Below are positions 1 through 8,368 of a stretch of 64,000 nt of DNA, piece by piece (the first letter of the stretch is position 1; each line of letters starts with the position of its first letter). The DNA lies in IMG/VR virus record IMGVR_UViG_3300025887_000010, positions 32,001-96,000 of that record. The stretch is one strand, 5' to 3'. The notes under the pieces are model-generated. The model saw only the letters and a list, made by a program, of their open reading frames with translations. It was not told where the DNA came from and searched no databases. Made by a program: the position numbers and the translations under genes. This stretch comes from a virus.

Positions 1-1030
1 TTTCGACTTTCAAAGCATCTCTCTTGTCGCGAATAGTCGATCTTGCGGCTTCAACCTTGCCTTCAAGAGCATTCTTCTTTTCGAGAAGAACATCGTATTC
101 ACTCACACAGCTCTCGACCTCTTTCTGCGACTCGGTAATTGATGAACGTATCCGATTCAAATCTGATTCGTCAACAGTGTGATCAGCTCCACATGTGGGA
201 CAAACACCTTTCTCAGATGCTGACTCAAGTTGTTCAAGCTCTTGTGTAAGCAACGTCAGTTTCATTCGAGCACTGTTCATCTTCATTCCAGCATCTTTAA
301 CGGATGATGAAATCTGTTCAAGCTTCTCTTGACCTTTTTCGAGTCGAGGAGCATTGGCTTCGATGAACTCTTCGAGCTCCTTGATGAGGTCTTGATCGGG
401 AACACGACATGAATCGAGGAGACTCGAATGGGTTTCAAGCATTGTTCGAGCTCGATTCGTTTCGAACTCGTTGTCAGAAAGAGTCGAATTTAGACGCTTG
501 ATCTTGCCTTTCGCGATGTCGTTCATGCGACTGGAGATTTGTAGATCGAGAATGAACTCGACGAAACCTCTGCGACTTGCAGTCGTTCGCTGCATGAAAG
601 GAGTATTCTTCGTGCCGATGAAGATGATCTGCTCAACAACAGATTTCGAAACCGCGATCAGGTCATTGAGAGCTTTCTGTTTGTCAATGATCTTCATATC
701 GGTCCAAACTTCATCCCCGTTGACAGTAACCTGGAACTTGTCAGGACGTGTTCCACGGACAATAGTGACATCTGACGTGCCGACTCCAATCTCGAGCTCG
801 ACAACACAGTCCTTTCCATTGATGAAGTTCGCGATTCCACCTTTCTTGATGTCACGCAAAGGAGAGCCGTACAATGCAAAGAAGATCGAGTCGAAGATCA
901 ATGCGGTCTTTCCTCGACCATTGTCGGCCTGGATAATCGTCACTGGGTATTTCGAGAGATCAACGACTGTCGGTGTATTGCCATACGACAGGAAGTTCCT
1001 GATGTTGATTTGACGGAATTCGAGTCTCAT
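1..1030 (-). CDS. gp46: Recombination endonuclease ATPase subunit (Rad50/SbcC-like), 3' end outside the window
   Basis: Manual translation from ATG at 1030: MRLEFRQINIRNFLSYGN...ADNGRGKTA (Walker A). Zinc-hook CPTCG near 190. ATGA overlap with the gp47 stop. Absent from the ORF track because it runs off the edge. Confidence 0.92.
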   Translation of the reverse strand, partial: MRLEFRQINIRNFLSYGNTPTVVDLSKYPVTIIQADNGRGKTALIFDSIFFALYGSPLRDIKKGGIANFINGKDCVVELEIGVGTSDVTIVRGTRPDKFQVTVNGDEVWTDMKIIDKQKALNDLIAVSKSVVEQIIFIGTKNTPFMQRTTASRRGFVEFILDLQISSRMNDIAKGKIKRLNSTLSDNEFETNRARTMLETHSSLLDSCRVPDQDLIKELEEFIEANAPRLEKGQEKLEQISSSVKDAGMKMNSARMKLTLLTQELEQLESASEKGVCPTCGADHTVDESDLNRIRSSITESQKEVESCVSEYDVLLEKKNALEGKVEAARSTIRDKRDALKVE

Positions 1031-2016
1031 TGGGTAGCCTCCGTGTGGATTTCTTGAAGCTTCTCGTGAGTGTCGACGGAAAGGATTTCCTTCTGAACAA
1101 CAATGAAGTTTCGGGTTTCAGTTGATTCGTCGATGTCGATCACAAACTTGACCTCGTCGATGATTTCGAAGTTCGAGTTGATCGTCGAAAGCACACCCTT
1201 GAACTTCTCAAGATTGGCTTTCGACGTGTCATGGTCGACTTTTACGACGATCGAATGAGCTTTCTTCAATGCATCCCGATTTGCCGAAATCCATTTGACG
1301 GCATGTTCATTGTCGATGCGGTTGTTGTTGATGGCAACTCGAATGAACATCGGTGATTGAGGATAGTGAATGTGCTCCAACCTTCCGTCTTCCCACGCAA
1401 TGTGAAAACCAAGATGTTCGACACTCTGTTCAGAACCAAGCTGATAGCCAACACCAAGGTTGTAGACGTTTCCGAGTTTTCCTCGCTGGTGGACGTGACC
1501 ATTCAGAATAGTGATGCCATCAGCTTGCAGCTTCGAGCTATTGTCCTGGTGTGTGAATGCGTACACTGGTTCCAGCATCGATACATCAAGCGTTTTTTGT
1601 GTGAAGGTGTTGTAGGGATAGACGATGAACTCGAACGGCTTGATGAACTCAGTTACCGTCGTGGTAATCGAAATCTTTGTGTCATTGCCGAGAATTCGAG
1701 TTTCACCGAATGAGGTAAGCGAATCGATCGAGCTTTCAGTAGTGACTGATCGGCCCTTGATGTCATGGTTGCCGACATTGAAGATCACATGGTCGAAACG
1801 GTCACGAATGAGACCTGCGAATTTACGAAATGTTGCTGACGTTCGCGGAGTCACAGCGTAATTTTGTGTGGTGTCTCCATTGATGACGAGAGTTCGAACA
1901 TCTTTAGGAACGTTTTTGACGAAGAATGTGACGAATTCGAGAAAGGCATCTGCGAAAAGTGCAGAATCGTTGTCTTTCCCGATATGAAGATCGGTCAGGA
2001 CTGCAATTCCATTCAT
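1027..2016 (-). CDS. gp47: Recombination endonuclease nuclease subunit (Mre11/SbcD-like)
   Basis: Metallophosphoesterase motifs DLH, GD, GNHD, GHVH; directly upstream of gp46. Confidence 0.9.
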   Translation of the reverse strand: MNGIAVLTDLHIGKDNDSALFADAFLEFVTFFVKNVPKDVRTLVINGDTTQNYAVTPRTSATFRKFAGLIRDRFDHVIFNVGNHDIKGRSVTTESSIDSLTSFGETRILGNDTKISITTTVTEFIKPFEFIVYPYNTFTQKTLDVSMLEPVYAFTHQDNSSKLQADGITILNGHVHQRGKLGNVYNLGVGYQLGSEQSVEHLGFHIAWEDGRLEHIHYPQSPMFIRVAINNNRIDNEHAVKWISANRDALKKAHSIVVKVDHDTSKANLEKFKGVLSTINSNFEIIDEVKFVIDIDESTETRNFIVVQKEILSVDTHEKLQEIHTEATQ

Positions 2017-2648
2017 GATGGATTTCCTTCATCCTTGATGGCTTCTGCTGCACGCTTCTCTTCAGCTTCACGTTTTTTCATGATTTCACTCTCCTTTTTC
2101 TCTTTCCTGAGGCGATCGCTGTATTGCTTCGCGTAATTGAGGTCTTTGTCCGATTCCTCGTCCGATTTGTAGTTGTCAGCGAGCTTGCGAATGTCCACAA
2201 GCGAAGCATTGTAGAATTGTTGATGCGACGGATCGACTCCAATGTCTGTTTGACCATCCATGAAGGCTCCAGTGTAGCGAGTCTGCAAGTTCATCTGTTT
2301 CTGTGCTTTGTTCACAACTCCGAGAAACCCGTAGTAGACCGTCGTTGTGAGGAATGAGAAAGCTGATCCTGAAGCCATCTTCGAAGGATCGTACTTGTTC
2401 TGAATCGCATTGATGGCAACCAGACAGGCACTCGAAATCAGGTCATCACGTTCGCGAAGTGGAATTCGTTGCCACTTGTACGACCGAGCATAGTTACGTG
2501 CAATCCTGATAATGCAATCCCCGACATACTCGGGAATTTTCGGTTCCTCTGTCCCATTTTCTCTTGCTGCATCACGTCTTTCAACGTAATCGTTCAGCAC
2601 GGATGTGAGCTTTTTTCCGTCAACGTAATGGGCTGATCGTTTTCTCAT
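2013..2648 (-). CDS. gp55: Late-transcription sigma factor
   Basis: HYVDGKKL...IPEYVGDCIIRIA...YDP...AFSFLT pattern of T4 gp55; T4 order 55-47-46. Start placed at ATG 2648, which overlaps the upstream stop (ATGA). Confidence 0.88.
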   Translation of the reverse strand: MRKRSAHYVDGKKLTSVLNDYVERRDAARENGTEEPKIPEYVGDCIIRIARNYARSYKWQRIPLRERDDLISSACLVAINAIQNKYDPSKMASGSAFSFLTTTVYYGFLGVVNKAQKQMNLQTRYTGAFMDGQTDIGVDPSHQQFYNASLVDIRKLADNYKSDEESDKDLNYAKQYSDRLRKEKKESEIMKKREAEEKRAAEAIKDEGNPS

Positions 2649-3082
2649 AGAATCCCCTCTTGAATTTCGAATCTCACTCTCATGAGTATGTTTCCGAGAT
2701 GATTCTGTCCATCTCCGATTGGGCATTGGCCCCAAAACTTGTCATTCCAAACGTTACCTTCAACCAACTCTTCCTCTCCCGTTTCCGTCAGCATTTTTGC
2801 GAGGTCTGGGTTCTGACTGAACTTCTTTTCTATGATGGAAGTCATGATAGCGATCTTGATTTGGCACCAGTCACTCCGAATCAAATTTTGAGTCTTGCGG
2901 TAGAAACGCTTTGCCTTTCCAGCAGTGGGAAGAAGTGAGATCGCGATCTGCACCTCTCTGTCATGGGTCTTTGACGCAGCGTAAGCATGTTCAGAAGACA
3001 CAAAATCCAGCGATAAGTGCCGGACTTTGCAAGGGTGAAAGTTTGAGAGGAACTGGAATTCCCCTCGAAAGCTTGAAATCAT
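2645..3082 (-). CDS. NADAR (YbiA-like) hydrolase
   Basis: FLSNFHPC, SSEHAYAASK, KFSQNPDL...LTETG..ELVE, D.FWG, GQNHLGNILMRVR match NADAR motifs. Confidence 0.88.
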   Translation of the reverse strand: MISSFRGEFQFLSNFHPCKVRHLSLDFVSSEHAYAASKTHDREVQIAISLLPTAGKAKRFYRKTQNLIRSDWCQIKIAIMTSIIEKKFSQNPDLAKMLTETGEEELVEGNVWNDKFWGQCPIGDGQNHLGNILMRVRFEIQEGIL

Positions 3083-3450
3083 GTTGTGACTTCCTCGAGT
3101 GCGATGTTTTGGTTAGGTGCTTGAACGATCTTGAAGGTCTTTCCGTCGAGAACGATCTCATCATTGAGTTCGAAACCAAATGCGACAGTCCGTTCTTGAT
3201 GAGAGTCACTGATCATTGATGCATTGGAGTAGGTCCAATATCCACTTTCGACATCGTGGCCGATGGTGAACTGACGAATCCATTCGTGATTGTCACGAGG
3301 GAACGACTTGATGCAAATTGAAGTTGCGGTCGTACGAAGCTTAATATCTTCATATCCAGCTTTCGGACGAAGTTCAAGCAATTCATTTCCTTTGAAGTTG
3401 CTCATAACGAGCAATCCAGGAAAATCTGCGAGGACACGAGTTTGTTGCAT
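3079..3450 (-). CDS. Hypothetical protein
   Basis: AAAGGAG RBS, own promoter at 3478-3506, ATGA coupling to the NADAR gene. Confidence 0.75.
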   Translation of the reverse strand: MQQTRVLADFPGLLVMSNFKGNELLELRPKAGYEDIKLRTTATSICIKSFPRDNHEWIRQFTIGHDVESGYWTYSNASMISDSHQERTVAFGFELNDEIVLDGKTFKIVQAPNQNIALEEVTT

Positions 3451-3477
3451 TTGATATTCTCCTTTGTTTATAGTTTA

Positions 3478-3506
3478 AGAATATCATATGGGGCACACTT
3501 TGTACA
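3478..3506 (-). promoter_or_regulatory. Early sigma70-type promoter (TGTACA-N17-TATTCT, extended TG)
   Basis: One of 16 copies of the same motif with exact 17-bp spacing found in the window. Confidence 0.75.
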
Positions 3507-3518
3507 CTAGAAAGTGCA

Positions 3519-3545
3519 AAGGGTTGCAAACAAATTGCAACCCTT
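3519..3545 (-). terminator. Intrinsic terminator downstream of gp32
   Basis: 11-bp stem AAGGGTTGCAA/TTGCAACCCTT with a 5-nt loop, followed by T-rich sequence on the minus strand. Confidence 0.7.
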
Positions 3546-3568
3546 CGTTTCGTCAACAGATGGTGTGA

Positions 3569-4591
3569 TTAGTCGAAATCGAACCCGTCGAAATCGTCGT
3601 CATCGTCATCATCTCCACTGTCATCATCAGTTGGAGGAGTTGGGCTCTTCTCTTCCTTCTTCGATTCAGCTTCATCATTAAATGATTTCGGAGAAGACTT
3701 CTTCCCCTCTTTCGGATTTTCAGCTTCATCTTCCTTGGGCTGTGGTTTCGGCTTTTCGTCCCTCTTGATGTCTTCCTTCGGCTTCGCGCGGGATTTCGAA
3801 GTGATATTGAACTCTTCGATCTTGTCGGCGAATGTGTCCTGGATGACAGGATCGTCGATACCAACGACTTCGATCAATTCGGCAATCAAGTCTTCGTACT
3901 TCTTGAAGCGATCTTCCTTCAGAAGGTCACCAAGTGGCTTGACGTTGTCGGCGTACATCTTCTCGAATTTTGCTTCGTCGGCTTCGTCAAACCAGGGAGA
4001 GGATTCCTTCGCGAAGTAGGACTGTTCGTAGTTCGGATACCCTTCTTTGTCGACCATACGGATGATCAGATCGCGGCCGGTCGTTCCGAAGATGTCGAAT
4101 GGGTTGAAAGGCTTCGGTTGTTCTTCTGCGAATTTGTCCTCGGGAGGGTTGATCGCATTTTCGACCATCTTGCGAATGGCTTGTGGAGAGTAGAAAGGCA
4201 GGATTTTGCCGTTGTTCTTCGGGTCGATCTTGTCTTCGTAGACGTAGACGAACATTTTGGTGATGTTCTTCTTGCCAATTGCGCGAGAACCTTTGACATC
4301 GCCAGCTCCCCAGAGCGCAGACTTGTATTGCTGACATGGATCAGAAAGACCGATCGAACGCCGAGAAAGGTTGTTGTAGGCCTTTGAACCTTTTTTGAAC
4401 GCGAACTTGATGTACGTGATCATGTGGTTGACGCCGTCTTCAGCAGGAAGCAAACGGACTCGTGAGTAACCCTGATTCGATGGATCGCGACCCATCACAA
4501 AGTTCTCTTCTTGCTCGCGATTCGCGGACTGAAGTTTCGCCTTCATTGCGTCGAGGTCGCCTGAGGTCTTACGTAGGTTGGAAAATGACAT
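3569..4591 (-). CDS. gp32: Single-stranded DNA-binding protein
   Basis: MSFSNLRK start, RVRLLP, DPC, FDIF...G.DLIIR, YPNYEQSYF and a very acidic C-terminal tail. Confidence 0.88.
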   Translation of the reverse strand: MSFSNLRKTSGDLDAMKAKLQSANREQEENFVMGRDPSNQGYSRVRLLPAEDGVNHMITYIKFAFKKGSKAYNNLSRRSIGLSDPCQQYKSALWGAGDVKGSRAIGKKNITKMFVYVYEDKIDPKNNGKILPFYSPQAIRKMVENAINPPEDKFAEEQPKPFNPFDIFGTTGRDLIIRMVDKEGYPNYEQSYFAKESSPWFDEADEAKFEKMYADNVKPLGDLLKEDRFKKYEDLIAELIEVVGIDDPVIQDTFADKIEEFNITSKSRAKPKEDIKRDEKPKPQPKEDEAENPKEGKKSSPKSFNDEAESKKEEKSPTPPTDDDSGDDDDDDDFDGFDFD

Positions 4592-4655
4592 GGTAGTCTC
4601 CGGTAAATGAAAGGACTGATTTTGCCACGGTAGGCTATGCCTTTTTGATTGTGTC

Positions 4656-4662
4656 TATTTTA
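4656..4662 (-). promoter_or_regulatory. Candidate late promoter TAAAATA upstream of gp32
   Basis: The same heptamer lies upstream of gp23, gp21, gp20 and other late genes; T4 gp32 also has early and late promoters. Confidence 0.45.
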
Positions 4663-4671
4663 GACTAATTG

Positions 4672-4700
4672 ATCTTATCACAATCTGGAATGATTGTAAA
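4672..4700 (-). promoter_or_regulatory. Early promoter for gp32 (TTTACA-N17-TAAGAT)
   Basis: GTTTACA -35, like T4 early promoters, plus TGTG extension. Confidence 0.65.
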
Positions 4701-4713
4701 CAGCTCATTTCGA

Positions 4714-4965
4714 CTAATTACCCGCTGTTGAGCGAATGAGATGAGGGAACTTCAGCTTTCCCATTCGCGCATGCGCCCGATCGACACATGTTCCGAATTC
4801 GTGGCCTGTGCAATCGAGCCATTTCTCTATCTCATTTATTTTGTACACATTGAAGATCACAAGATCACGATCTCCGATCGTGTAGAACGTCATTCGGTCA
4901 GTTGGACACTCGTCCAGGACCTTCTGCACCTTCTTGATCCATTCCTCTTCGGCTTTCGTCAACAT
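4714..4965 (-). CDS. Hypothetical protein
   Basis: AAGGAG RBS before ATG 4965 (MLTKAEEEW...). Confidence 0.7.
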   Translation of the reverse strand: MLTKAEEEWIKKVQKVLDECPTDRMTFYTIGDRDLVIFNVYKINEIEKWLDCTGHEFGTCVDRAHARMGKLKFPHLIRSTAGN

Positions 4966-4975
4966 GGAGTTCTCC

Positions 4976-5155
4976 TTATCCAAGCAGCCAGACGACGGTC
5001 GCGAACCAAATGGTTGCGCCACTGATTACACAAACAGTGAGAAGCCACCACGGAATCGTGATTCCTGGAGTGGTGTTTTTGAGATTATCGATGAGTTCGA
5101 TGCGTTCGATGTCATCAAGGTACATTTGGATCTTCCGGTAATCGTCTCTCGTCAT
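4976..5155 (-). CDS. Small membrane protein (59 aa, not in ORF track)
   Basis: Manual translation MTRDDYRKIQ...IPWWLLTVCVISGATIWFATVVWLLG; C-terminal hydrophobic helix; ATGA overlap with the upstream gene. Confidence 0.65.
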   Translation of the reverse strand: MTRDDYRKIQMYLDDIERIELIDNLKNTTPGITIPWWLLTVCVISGATIWFATVVWLLG

Positions 5156-5388
5156 AGTCCCGCTGCCTCCATATAGAGAGATGTCATGGTTTCGTCCTCA
5201 TCACGCTTTGCGCGTGCGATCCGTGAAAGGCGAATGACCTTCCGCAGATACTTCGGCTCGAGACCTTGTTCTTTGGCCTCTTTCATCAATTCGGACTTGT
5301 CCTTCTTGATGACTGATGTACGTTCATCGAGAACCTTGTGGCGGTCAATGAATGATTGGACGAGCTCTTCGCTTGGTACCTTACTCAT
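5152..5388 (-). CDS. GapR/DUF2312-like dsDNA-binding protein (T4 DsbA-like)
   Basis: SFIDR...KSELMKEAKEQGLEPKYLRKVIRL..RAKRDEDE....LYMEAAG follows the GapR pattern. Confidence 0.8.
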   Translation of the reverse strand: MSKVPSEELVQSFIDRHKVLDERTSVIKKDKSELMKEAKEQGLEPKYLRKVIRLSRIARAKRDEDETMTSLYMEAAGL

Positions 5389-5756
5389 GCGGTTTCCTTC
5401 CGTGTTTGAGTCTTGTGGATTTCGTTGAAGTTCCATGGTTCTTCGTTCAACAGATTCTCAACTGCGACTTCAATTTCTACGAGAGAAGGACTTATGAGAG
5501 GCTTGGAACCATCGGGATTGCGAAGCTTGAAGATCGGATTGTCAATCTCGACTCCAAAGAATTTTGCTGCATTCTCGACTGCTTCCTCAGGTGGAGTTGT
5601 TGATCCACAGAAGTTGTTGTCGAGGCGCCAAAAGTTGGAAGCCACACCGATGAAGTTCGGGAATGGTCCAGTGTGCTTGTTGATCATTGACGACATGCGA
5701 TTGCGAAGATCACGAATGACCTTCATATACATGTCGGTGCGAAGCTTGCGATTCAT
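5385..5756 (-). CDS. Hypothetical protein
   Basis: Coupled ORF in an ATGA-overlap chain. Confidence 0.65.
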   Translation of the reverse strand: MNRKLRTDMYMKVIRDLRNRMSSMINKHTGPFPNFIGVASNFWRLDNNFCGSTTPPEEAVENAAKFFGVEIDNPIFKLRNPDGSKPLISPSLVEIEVAVENLLNEEPWNFNEIHKTQTRKETA

Positions 5757-6088
5757 AGTCTGTGCCCTTCCATGAGCTTTCGGATTTTGCGAGAACCGAG
5801 ACGATCCTCAGAGTGAATGGCGAATGCTTTCGGAAAACCGAGATTTTCACGATCGCGCTGAATGAGATACTCTGCAAATTCAGCGCCATTCTTCGAATCG
5901 GGACCAAGGTTGTATGCGAACTGAACGAACTCAGGTGCACCAAACTCCTCGACGATATCAACACCTTCATCGTATGAGCGAACAACCACCCAATCTTCTT
6001 CGATCACCCCACTTGCGAAGGTTTCGAAGAAGGTCTGAAAGGCCCCGGTTGGGGACCTTTTATTGTCAATAAAAAGTCTGTAGTTCAT
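5753..6088 (-). CDS. Cyclic-phosphate-processing receiver-like domain protein, degenerate
   Basis: LFIDNKRSP, WVVVRSYDE, QFAYNLG, NGAEFAEYL, IHSEDRLG parallel the family pattern LFLDDxRxP / SFDHDLG / HSxNPxG. Confidence 0.65.
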   Translation of the reverse strand: MNYRLFIDNKRSPTGAFQTFFETFASGVIEEDWVVVRSYDEGVDIVEEFGAPEFVQFAYNLGPDSKNGAEFAEYLIQRDRENLGFPKAFAIHSEDRLGSRKIRKLMEGHRL

Positions 6089-6420
6089 GATCCGAAGAGC
6101 TCCTTGATGCGTTCTTGGGTTGCTTTGAAACGATTGCCGGTTGACTTTTCCATGTACAGCCAGCTAAACTTATTGCGACGAAGTGTTTTCCCGATGATCT
6201 TGAAGTCTTCGGTTTCCAACTTGATGCCGATTGTTGGTGCATAACTGCGGGCATTTTCCATTTCAGGAGAGTCTTTGCCAGCTTCGATAATGCTGAATTT
6301 CGCAATCAAAGAATTCGAATGAACTTTTCCACCTTTGAATTTGAACTCTAGTTCGGGAAATTCTTTCGAAAGAACTTTGATCATCCGAGCTGTGAGGTCA
6401 TTTGCAGTTTTGACATCCAT
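6085..6420 (-). CDS. Hypothetical protein
   Basis: AAGGAA RBS before ATG 6420; promoter at 6460-6488. Confidence 0.7.
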   Translation of the reverse strand: MDVKTANDLTARMIKVLSKEFPELEFKFKGGKVHSNSLIAKFSIIEAGKDSPEMENARSYAPTIGIKLETEDFKIIGKTLRRNKFSWLYMEKSTGNRFKATQERIKELFGS

Positions 6421-6459
6421 TGTTCGTTTTCCTTGTTTTATCAAATTGCTTGTATTTAT

Positions 6460-6488
6460 AGAATATCATACGGTAGTCCTGATGTACA
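6460..6488 (-). promoter_or_regulatory. Early promoter (TGTACA-N17-TATTCT)
   Basis: Motif match. A canonical T4 TATAAATA lies just downstream (6453-6460). Confidence 0.7.
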
Positions 6489-6517
6489 CAACTAAATACA
6501 AAAATTTTGACAAAAAT

Positions 6518-7675
6518 TCAGAAAAGATCGAGAGGGGCGGCAGGAACCTTTGATTTCGAGAGGACTTTCCAGAACTCATCGTACCATGAGTCTTCAGAGA
6601 AGTGCTTGCGTGCAGACTCAGCGATAGACTTTCTGTCATCAAACGATAGTGAGTTGACATATACGAGCTTGATCTTCAGGTCAAGTACCCACTCAGGATC
6701 ATCATATGCGACAGGTTTGACACCAAGGTCCGTCACCTGGTTGATGTAGTGATCGGCAGCATGAGTTTGACCTGCCTTGTCAACGAACGTGATCGGTATT
6801 CCACCAAATAGCAGTGTCTCGATTGCAATCAAACCAAGCGACTCATCGGGTCGAGCGACCAAACATGTCGAGCATTTCTGATACTCGAGCAGAAGCTGAT
6901 CTCTCGTTTCATTGTGATGAAGAACGGTGTTCTCAGATTTGTCGAGAGTCTTGATGATGTTCGGGAAGTCTGCACCGGAGACGTATGCGTCAAATTCGAT
7001 TCCAGCCTTTGCAATCTTTCCGAAATTCTTCTGTGGGTGGCATCGACCGACCATCAACGTTTTGCCTTCATTCGGCACGACATCCATTTCCCAAATCTTC
7101 GGATCCATTGTCGTGTAGACGTCAGCATCGTCAGAAATATAAGTGTGTGGCGGAGGATTGTCCATCGTATCAGAGAACTCGAAATGCTTTGCGCGAATCC
7201 ATGGTGAAGCATAGACTCGGCCACCATTCTCTGTGATGGTCATGCAATTCCTGACGATGCCCTGCAGGAACATCGGACTTGGTATCCAATCTGGGATCAT
7301 ATGGGTCGTTGGAATGAACTTCGAAATGGCAGCTGGAACTGTAGTCGTTGAAGCATTCGACCAACAGAAATCAGGATTGATGATCTTCGCCTGATCAATG
7401 TAGGCCTTTCCGACCCTTCGAGACATGGCGACTGCTTCCTTTGGTCCATGAAGTTCCAACACTTCGTCTCGACTCAACTCACTAACAGAGTGGAATGTCG
7501 CATATTCCAGGAAGACTGGATCAATCTTGCCAGTGCACAGAACGTGAACGTCAATTCCCTTCTTCTTAAGGATTTTGATCCACGAATGCTGACGAGCTTC
7601 GATGCCGTTGCGAGGCTTTCGGTGATCCTTGAACGCACCACCAGTGATGTGAGTCGAGACGATAAGGATTTTCAT
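6518..7675 (-). CDS. GT-B fold glycosyltransferase (GT4-like)
   Basis: MKILIV N-terminal strand, VGRCHPQKN, and ESLGLIAIETLLFGGIP (E-x7-E motif). Confidence 0.8.
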   Translation of the reverse strand: MKILIVSTHITGGAFKDHRKPRNGIEARQHSWIKILKKKGIDVHVLCTGKIDPVFLEYATFHSVSELSRDEVLELHGPKEAVAMSRRVGKAYIDQAKIINPDFCWSNASTTTVPAAISKFIPTTHMIPDWIPSPMFLQGIVRNCMTITENGGRVYASPWIRAKHFEFSDTMDNPPPHTYISDDADVYTTMDPKIWEMDVVPNEGKTLMVGRCHPQKNFGKIAKAGIEFDAYVSGADFPNIIKTLDKSENTVLHHNETRDQLLLEYQKCSTCLVARPDESLGLIAIETLLFGGIPITFVDKAGQTHAADHYINQVTDLGVKPVAYDDPEWVLDLKIKLVYVNSLSFDDRKSIAESARKHFSEDSWYDEFWKVLSKSKVPAAPLDLF

Positions 7676-8100
7676 GCACAAATGCCTTTCAGCATTTTGG
7701 AGTCAATAACGTACGACGAAAGATCGGGTGCTTTCCAACCTTCAGGCTTGATGGCATCAGGAAGGCCGAGAGGATTTGGACGACCAGGTTTGACACCAAT
7801 CTCCTTTTCCATATTGGCATCGTGAACCTCGATGAAAGCCCCAAGTGACATATCAGTGCCGATCAGAATGTTGAGAGTTCCGACGTTGAAATATAGACCA
7901 TCGATGAGTGCATCAACAATCTCGGCTGCATCTTTATCTGCGATTGCATTCTTCAGTTCAGTAAGCTCTTCTTCCATCATACGAACACGAAGTTCAATGA
8001 AAGCTTTAAGCTTCTCAGGGTCACTTGCGATCTCGTCGTAGCGGTTAACGTGACCCATCTTTTCATGGAATTCTTCCACTATGTCGAAAATGTTCATCAT
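7672..8100 (-). CDS. MazG-like (all-alpha) NTP pyrophosphohydrolase
   Basis: EEELTE...EIVDALID, EVHDANM.K, IKPEGWKAPDL. Confidence 0.85.
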   Translation of the reverse strand: MMNIFDIVEEFHEKMGHVNRYDEIASDPEKLKAFIELRVRMMEEELTELKNAIADKDAAEIVDALIDGLYFNVGTLNILIGTDMSLGAFIEVHDANMEKEIGVKPGRPNPLGLPDAIKPEGWKAPDLSSYVIDSKMLKGICA

Positions 8101-8357
8101 TCTTTGATCTCCTCTGGTTCATAGACCTTGTCGCCGATATTTGAAATTTGTGTTGTCAGCAAAAATGAATTCGCTGTGAGTTTGTTCTGAAACTGAACGA
8201 ACGATTTCACAAGCTCTGTGATGACAGGTGGCTCATTACCATCCAGAGCTTGAACTATCGTTCCGAGAGTGCTCGAAAGATTTTCGTTCAGTTCATCGAT
8301 TCCAAGGCTAGTATCGCGCAGCCTTGCGACGATCGTTTGCATTTCTTCAGGGCTCAT
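8097..8357 (-). CDS. Hypothetical helical protein
   Basis: RBS and ATGA coupling. Confidence 0.65.
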   Translation of the reverse strand: MSPEEMQTIVARLRDTSLGIDELNENLSSTLGTIVQALDGNEPPVITELVKSFVQFQNKLTANSFLLTTQISNIGDKVYEPEEIKE

Positions 8358-8368
8358 CCTATTTCCTT

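Noticed and set aside
4592-4650. gp32 autoregulatory pseudoknot
   Set aside because: Only a 4-bp AGGC/GCCT hairpin with a 3-nt loop is visible; a pseudoknot cannot be supported.
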